55,058 bases of DNA from Nemertoderma westbladi. Taxonomy: Eukaryota; Animalia; Xenacoelomorpha. The position numbers were made by a program, and so were the translations under genes. The notes beneath the pieces are model-generated. The model was not told the DNA's origin. It did no database searches and saw only the letters and a program-made list of their open reading frames with translations. Of this stretch, positions 48,234-55,058 are shown one piece after another. Numbering within the stretch: position 1 is the first letter of the stretch; every line of letters begins with the position of its first letter. Where the stretch lies: positions 1-55,058 of the forward strand of contig JAUCBJ010006541.1 in NCBI GenBank assembly GCA_032718475.1, in the 5' to 3' direction.

Positions 48234-49842
48234 GGTATCCCGTCATTACTTCTAAAGTACTTTATACCGATGTACTTTAGTTCTTAGTAACAGATTCTTT
48301 ACTTCTAAAGCAAACGTCAGTTGTTCTAATCAGGGCGCCAGTAGTTCCAAACGCAACTCAATGAATGAGGATTAAGCAACGGCGTTTGATTGTTTATAAA
48401 TAACCTACATTTAATTGATTGGGGTATGTTAGTTTCCGCTGGCACTAATGTCTCAGGACTTTAGCGCCCACGAGACGTTAGTGCCCGCGGGCACTAATGT
48501 CTCAGGACTTTAGTGCCCGCGAGTCATTAGTGCCCGGGAACCATATGTCTGCAAGTGAGACGTTAGTGCCCGCGAGTCATTAGTGCCCTCACTGTATTTG
48601 GAAGTTAGTATAAGGCAATCCGTTTTTCTTCTTACTTACCATTCAACCAAAGTCTTCGACAACGGCCTCCTCCATTAACATACACTAAATTAATTAATTC
48701 CCTAATTTAATTAACTAAAAGTACTACTTTACATTTTATTCGTCGACAAAATGTCAGACAGTCGACCGAGTATTTTTCTTGAAATCTTTAATTCATTATG
48801 ATATATCAGAGTTAGTGCGTCCTCGGACAATTATGAAGACTAACTTGAAAATTAAATTAACTTGAAGACTTTACCGCAAAACCAAATAATATAAATGCTA
48901 CCATGTCTAACTGAGGTTATTGAACTTTTTAATCATAGAAAATCAAAATTGAAATTTAAATGTTAAATAACGATATGCGGGAACTAAATACTGGAAATTA
49001 CCTTAGAAGTTTGAAGAAAGTACGACTCGTTTGCATCACCAGGAACTAAAGAATTGGATAATGTCATCCTGGCCTGTTGTATATACAGTATTACATATAC
49101 TAACTAAGTCGCTAGGTGGGCACTAATGTTTCTAGGGCACTAATGTCTCGCGGGCACTAATGTCTCGCGTTTAACTTTACTGGAGACAGTGTGTAATTAA
49201 AAAAAAAGCGCAGTACTACAGTATAATTGTCCGAGGACACACTAACTCTGATATAGTATAATGAATTAATGATTTCAAGAAAATTACTCAGTCGACTGTC
49301 TGACATTTTGTCAACGAATTATTAAAAGTAAAGTAGTACTTTTAGTTAATTAAATTAGGGAATTAATTAAATAAGTGTATGTTAATGGAGGAGGCCGTTG
49401 TCGATGGCTTTGGTTGAATGGGGTATAAGTAAGAAGAAAAACGGATTGCCTTATACTAACTTCCAAATACAATGAGGGCACTAATGACTCGCGGGCATTA
49501 ACGTCTCACTTGCAGACAAGGTCTTCGGGCACTAATGACTCGCGGGTACTAAAGTCCTGAGACATTATTAACGCCTCGCGTCTCGCGTCTAACGTCTCGC
49601 GATCCCCCAATCTAACTGACGCGTGATTAAGTCCGTGTGCTATTAAATTGGAACTAATGACGTTCACAATTAGAACTATTGACGTAACCAGTTTAGAATA
49701 AATGGTGCGCTGTTTAGAACTAAGAGACTCTATTCCATTGGAACTAATTACGTTTGCAGTTAGAACTAATGACGCCCCCATTGGAACTTAATGACGTATC
49801 CGGTTTGGAACTAAAGTACTTTAGAACTAACGACACCCAATT
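48234..49842. mobile_element. Compound foldback DNA element: outer element with 8-bp TSD containing an inner long-armed element (about 48418-49610)
   Basis: CCTTCACT is repeated at 48226-48233 and 49843-49850. The outer arms carry GTCATTAGTTC / GAACTAATGAC repeats. The inner arms, about 48490-48840 and 49218-49567, are reverse complements carrying GGCACTAATG repeats. Confidence 0.7.
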
Positions 49843-50239
49843 CCTTCACTTGATTGGGCAGTAGTGGAAACCATTCCCGACAACCCGTAGTCTAGTAGTC
49901 ACCCCAGCCATGGCCCCAGCCCAGTAAGGTCGCCATGACCACAGCACAGCAGTGGATTGATTATGTCGGAATCCCTGTGCAGCTAACGGACACCGGACTC
50001 GATATGGTAGACCATGACATCAACATCGTACGTCATCGGGATGTAATTATAATTATGTTGAAGCTGGTGATACCGGGGGCTACTTGGCAGCTTAGCTCGC
50101 AGAATATCGATTACATAGCTTTACCTTCCCTTCCCACCGCCACCATCGGATTCAACCACGCCGCTTGGATCTAACACGCCCCCATTTCTCAACATACTGT
50201 GGCAGCGGACATCCTCTCCAGCATCAGCCGAGTACAGAG

Positions 50240-50470
50240 GTGGATAGTATAAGTTATTTGTTCTTCTCAGCCGACTTGGATTAGCTTGTTTGAGGCTCAT
50301 TTGCCCCTTAATAGACTGGTACAGAACGACTAGAGTCCCACAAGAAATGAAATAAAATAAGTTGGTGCCAGTTCCCAAGAAGGGCAACCTAACATTATAT
50401 GGTTCTTTTCGGGGAACCTTGTTGATCTCGATTGCGGCAAAGCTATACAATTGAATTCTATTAAATCAAA
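50240..50470 (+). mobile_element. Decayed RTE RT fragment (probably extends 5' to about 48200 across the foldback insertion)
   Basis: Reads LVPVPKKGNLTLYGSFRGTLLISIAAKLYN*ILLN, equivalent to the PLPKKGDL..NYRGI.L..AAKIYN motif of the 24035-24478 ORF. Confidence 0.7.
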
Positions 50471-50657
50471 TTTTCAAATATTTGTACTAAGGCAATTTGG
50501 CCTTATACTGTAGGCCCAGTCCATGATAAATACAGTAGTAATGTTAACCTACAGTTGGCCTTGAAGACATTTTAAAAAATGGTTTCAAGATAACTCAGCA
50601 ATCAGGAATCAGTGACAAAGTATAAAATGTTTCCCACAGGCCGGTTATATTGAAAAA

Positions 50658-51290
50658 TTAAAAAATATCGCGAGTGAAAATATCGCTTGTTGAAAAATAT
50701 CGATAATATCGCGAGTTTAAAAAATATCGCTTGTATAAATATCGCGAGTATAAATATCGTGAGTAAAAATATCGCGAGTCTAAAAACATCCCGAGTAAAA
50801 ATATCGAGAGTGAGAATATCGCGAGTAAAATTAGATATAATTTTTCGAATGAAACACCAGATACCAAATAAAACACTAGCTATCGGTATAGTTCAATAGA
50901 AACTAAAACAAACATTGATTTTAGTTTAAAAAATAAAAAATAAATAAAATTTAAAAAAACATAAGGTACAGTACCAACAAAAACTTGAGCTTCCATCGAA
51001 AACACTATTTATTTTACTCACGATATTTTTACTCGCGATAATTTTACTCTCGATATTTTTACTCGCGATAATTTTACTCTCGATATTGTTACTCGCGATA
51101 ATTTTACTCTCGATATTTTTACTCGCAATATTTTTACGCTCGATATTTTTACTCGCGATATTTTTACTCTCGATATTTTTACTCGCGATAATTTTACTCT
51201 CGATATTTTTACTCGCGACATTTCTACTCTAGATATTTTTCACCTTGCGATATTTTTACTCTCAATATTTTTGCTCGCAATATTTTTCCA
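50658..51290. repeat. Inverted arrays of a 15-bp unit (AAAAATATCGCGAGT)n ... (ACTCGCGATATTTTT)n, probably a MITE with repetitive arms
   Basis: Forward array 50658-50830, reverse-complement array 51012-51290, and a spacer of about 180 bp. Confidence 0.85.
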
Positions 51291-51470
51291 GGCTGAATAC
51301 TTTTCACCCATTCCCACCCCACAAGCAAGCCAAGCATACTGTAGGGTGGTAGGGAATCTACCAAAAAGTCAACCCACAATGTACCGGTACCGCAGATGTG
51401 AAATAATTCGAATACATTATCTTATAATGGAGAGAACAGTTTTACTTTTGCGAGCAATTGCTATTATATC

Positions 51471-52080
51471 ATATTATATTATTTTATACTATTATATTAT
51501 TTTATACTATTATATTATTTTATACTATTATATTATTTTATACTATTATATTATTTTATACTATTATATTATTTTATACTATTATATTATTTTATACTAT
51601 TATATTATTTTATACTATTATATTATTTTATACTATTATATTATTTTATACTATTATATTAGTTTATACTATTATATTATTTTATACTATTATATTATTT
51701 TATACTAATATATTATTTTATACTATTATATTATTTTATACTATTATATTATTTTATACTATTATATTATTTTATACTATTATATTAGTTTATACTATTA
51801 TATTATTTTATACTATTATATTATTTTATACTATTATATTATTTTATACTATTATATTAGTTTATACTATTATATTATTTTATACTATTATATTATTTTA
51901 TACTATTATATTAGTTTATACTATTATATTATTTTATACTATTATATTAGTTTATACTATTATATTATTTTATACTATTATATTATTTTATACTATTATA
52001 TTAGTTTATACTTTTATATTATTTTATACTATTATATCATTTTATACTATCATTTTATACTATTATATATTATTATATTA
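51471..52080. repeat. 18-bp AT-rich minisatellite (TATTATTTTATACTATTA), about 33 copies
   Basis: Directly visible. It is the source of the YTIILF and YYYIIL artefact ORFs. Confidence 0.95.
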
Positions 52081-52499
52081 TAAAGTTAGAAAGTTATTAT
52101 AAAGCCACTCTATCGATCATTTTGTGCCCTTTTATTTAATGCTGCCCCCGCCGGCCTTTCCAATATTTTCCGACGCCACTGCCTCTAGGATCTAAAGCCG
52201 GAGAACCGGGACTACTGTGTATAATATGCCATTTCACCTTCATTACACATTAGCTGATTAGACAGCAGGCCACCTACAGACAGACTAAACTGCTGCTGTG
52301 CTGTAGTGCTGAATGTATCCATTCTGACCTAAAAGTGGAATGTAGCAAAATGTGTAGCAATTTTTGTTACCCCAGTTAATACTGTAATAATATTAATTAA
52401 TACTGTAATACAGTACAGCAGTAATACAGTTCAAAGTTAGGCCTACCGCACTGGTGATCATTAATCAATAATGCAGTAGCCTAATTCTCAGATTCTAAT

Positions 52500-54500
52500 A
52501 TGACTTCTTCTTTGGCGAAAATTAATGCCGAAATCAACTCGGTAACCGCAGTTTACGATGATATTGAGGTAGAATCTTGCGAGAAGTTTACCGACTTGCC
52601 CTTATCCTCTAAAACTCAGAAGGGATTGGAAGCAGCCGGATATACGAGTTTAACGGATATTCAACGGGAGAGCCTTATCTACGGGCTGCGCGGAAGCGAC
52701 ATACTTGGAGCGGCGAAAACCGGATCCGGTAAAACATTAGCCTTTGTTATCCCGTTGCTGGAGTGCCTCTGGCGGGAGAAGTTCACGGCACTAGACGGAC
52801 TGGGTGGCCTGGTTATTTCCCCGACTAGAGAACTCGCCTTACAAATATTCGAAGTGATTAGGACGACGGGCCGTTTCCATGATTTATCTGTTGGTTTAGT
52901 GATCGGAGGGAAAGACTTAAAATGGGAAACTCAGCGTATCGGGCAGTCCAATATCCTGATCTGCACTCCTGGGCGATTGCTGCAGCACATGGACGAGAAT
53001 CCACGGTTTACTTGCGACAACCTCCAGATGTTAGTTCTAGATGAGGCGGATCGTTGCTTAGATTTGGGATTCAAGAAAACTCTTAGCGCTATCGTGGAGA
53101 ACCTGCCTTCCGAACGACAAACTCTACTGTTTTCGGCGACTCAAACTAAGTCCGTAAAGGATTTGGCGCTACTCAGTTTGGTTTCCCCGCGGTACATCTC
53201 GGCTCATGAGTCCGCAGTTCAAGCGACCCCCTCCCAGCTACAGCAAGCGTACGCAGTTGTTCCGCTGTACAAAAAATTAGATTACCTATTCGCCTTCCTT
53301 AAAAACCACATAAAGAAGAAGACGCTTGTCTTTCTATCCACCTGCAAACAGGTTCGTTTTGTCCACGCAGCGTTCTGTCGACTCCGACCCGGGGTGACTC
53401 TCTTAGCTCTCCACGGCAAACTCCACCAGTTGCGACGCATCGAGGTTTACAACCAGTTCTGTCGCAAAGAGTCCGCAGTCCTCTTCGCTACAGACCTGGC
53501 CGCTCGGGGGTTGGACTTTCCTGGGGTAGGATGGGTCGTCCAGATGGACTGTCCGGAGGATCCGGACGCCTACATCCACCGAGTCGGACGGACAGCACGG
53601 TATCGTAGCGACGGACAGAGTATTATGTTCCTACTGCCGACGGAGGAACTCCGTTGCGTTGAGAAACTCCGCGAGAAGAAGATCCCGTTGGAAGAGACGC
53701 ACGTGAACCCCGAGAAGGAAGTCTCGATTAAACGTAAACTCGAGGCGATGTGTGCTCGCGACTCGGAACTGAAAGCCTCGGCGCAGCGGGCCTTCATCGC
53801 GTACTGCAAGAGTTACCATCTAACGATGAAGGGATATGCGTTGGACTTACCTTTCGATAAATTCGCGTCTTCTCTAGGTTTAGTTACAACTCCTAGAGTT
53901 CGTTTCCTAAAGAAACGCGCCCAAAGCAACGCAGCTCACAACGTCGGTAACGTTGACGTCGATGTTAACAAACTTCCTACCGACGAAGTCAAGGAAGATG
54001 GTAATCAGTTAAGCGTCGATGTTAAAGGCGATCTGTTTTCTGTAAAAACCAAAGATGTTTTTAATGTTTTAGAGGACGGAAAAATACCAGAAGTAGTTAA
54101 ACTTCCAGTTAACGTAAAAGTTGTCAGTAAAGCCGCCGCTGTTAAAAAGATGAGGCGAATGGGATTACGGGTGAACACGAAGATAAAGTTCGATGAGGAT
54201 GGCGTTATTGAGGAACATTGGCCTCAACGTGCGGAGGGGGGCAGTGGTGAGGGATTAGGGGGACTGGATATCGGCAAACAGAAGGAGTTGATGAAACGGG
54301 AAGACAAACTCGATCGAAGTCGATACCGTGAAGCAGTGAAACGACGGAAAAAGCAGGTCAAAACGAAACTCAAAGAGAAACAACGTCGTCAGGAATGGGT
54401 TGCTGATGACATCACTGGTGACGTACAGTTGGGGGATGATTCAATGACGTCATTGCAACATGACGAAGATTTGGTTCTCCAACTTCTCAGCACCAAATAA
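52500..54500 (+). CDS. DDX10: DEAD-box RNA helicase DDX10/DBP4 (ribosome biogenesis), 666 aa, single coding block
   Basis: Q motif FTDLPLS..LTDIQ, then AKTGSGKTLAF, SPTRELA, TPGRLLQHMDE, DEAD, SAT, ARGLDFP and HRVGRTARY. DBP4-specific FLSTCKQVRF..FCRLRPG and AQRAFIAY are present, with a basic C-terminal tail. Confidence 0.97.
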   Translation: MTSSLAKINAEINSVTAVYDDIEVESCEKFTDLPLSSKTQKGLEAAGYTSLTDIQRESLIYGLRGSDILGAAKTGSGKTLAFVIPLLECLWREKFTALDGLGGLVISPTRELALQIFEVIRTTGRFHDLSVGLVIGGKDLKWETQRIGQSNILICTPGRLLQHMDENPRFTCDNLQMLVLDEADRCLDLGFKKTLSAIVENLPSERQTLLFSATQTKSVKDLALLSLVSPRYISAHESAVQATPSQLQQAYAVVPLYKKLDYLFAFLKNHIKKKTLVFLSTCKQVRFVHAAFCRLRPGVTLLALHGKLHQLRRIEVYNQFCRKESAVLFATDLAARGLDFPGVGWVVQMDCPEDPDAYIHRVGRTARYRSDGQSIMFLLPTEELRCVEKLREKKIPLEETHVNPEKEVSIKRKLEAMCARDSELKASAQRAFIAYCKSYHLTMKGYALDLPFDKFASSLGLVTTPRVRFLKKRAQSNAAHNVGNVDVDVNKLPTDEVKEDGNQLSVDVKGDLFSVKTKDVFNVLEDGKIPEVVKLPVNVKVVSKAAAVKKMRRMGLRVNTKIKFDEDGVIEEHWPQRAEGGSGEGLGGLDIGKQKELMKREDKLDRSRYREAVKRRKKQVKTKLKEKQRRQEWVADDITGDVQLGDDSMTSLQHDEDLVLQLLSTK

Positions 54501-55058
54501 TATTTATTTTATTGTTGCTGTTTTCGTTTATCTTGTAATTATTAGCCAAAATTAAATATTAATAATTTAATATTATTAGTATGAAATTCGTTAACTGTTT
54601 TATAAATTCTTCTTTAAATGCGAGCATCATCCACTGCTAGATAAAACGGGAGCCAAGATAACTCGGGAGACATATGGATCGTTTTCCATTTGAGTGATAA
54701 AATCTTAGGGTTAATGTTGTAGATATTACATCCTAAACAAACAGAATGTTCTAAATATGACATCCTAAACAAACCGAGTCCATGTTTCATTGACCACACA
54801 CCACTATTCAGAAGTTAATTTTACCCCGCTGGCATAAAGTGCATTTTTCAAAATCTTTTTTTTCTTTAGTTAAAAGTTAACAATTAATTTGGGTACTGTA
54901 TAACGTTTCCGTGTATCTGTATGCATTAACCCTATCCGTATTTAGGCCTACGCGTACACACGTGCGCGTATGTTATGGAATCCTATGGATACTTTATTAT
55001 TCGTGTGTTAGAGATTGGGTACTACGGGACGGGCCTGTAAAAACTGCCCAGCTTACAT

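Noticed and set aside
51018-52102. SRVKI and YTIILF repeat ORFs
   Set aside because: Translations of the 15-bp and 18-bp tandem repeats.
53570-53819. Antisense ORFs within DDX10
   Set aside because: Shadow ORFs of a GC-rich coding strand, with no recognisable motifs.

Overview
AT-rich, intron-containing eukaryotic DNA, most likely from an invertebrate animal (GT-AG introns, metazoan-type U2 snRNA, tRNA-derived SINEs, RTE/L2/Rex LINEs, piggyBac). I could rebuild four host genes from sequence. (1) An apparently intact but variant U2 snRNA gene (2840-3027, +). (2) An SLC10 sodium/bile-acid cotransporter-like gene (+, 8 phase-consistent exons, 16032-29516; N-terminal exons unresolved). (3) The 3' three exons of a CPED1-like cadherin-like/PC-esterase gene (+, 45355-47715). 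(4) DDX10/DBP4 as one uninterrupted 2-kb ORF (+, 52500-54500). Most of the rest is transposon debris and tandem repeats: RTE LINEs of two families (two copies with 12-bp TSDs), a dead piggyBac transposase, TTAA- and TA-flanked MITEs and foldbacks, a Helentron-like element, several minisatellites, and a 4.2-kb 25-bp satellite carrying a duplicated V-type SINE. The most unusual observations are these. Two consecutive SLC10 splice donors are tandemly duplicated, one as an array of about 25 20-bp GT..CAG units starting exactly at the exon junction. A minisatellite appears to be built from the amplified terminal inverted repeat of a Helentron-like element. The U2 gene lacks A30 and has a U1-type loop IV. 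No tools were used: coordinates were counted by hand (expect errors of a few bp) and family calls rest on motif recognition.
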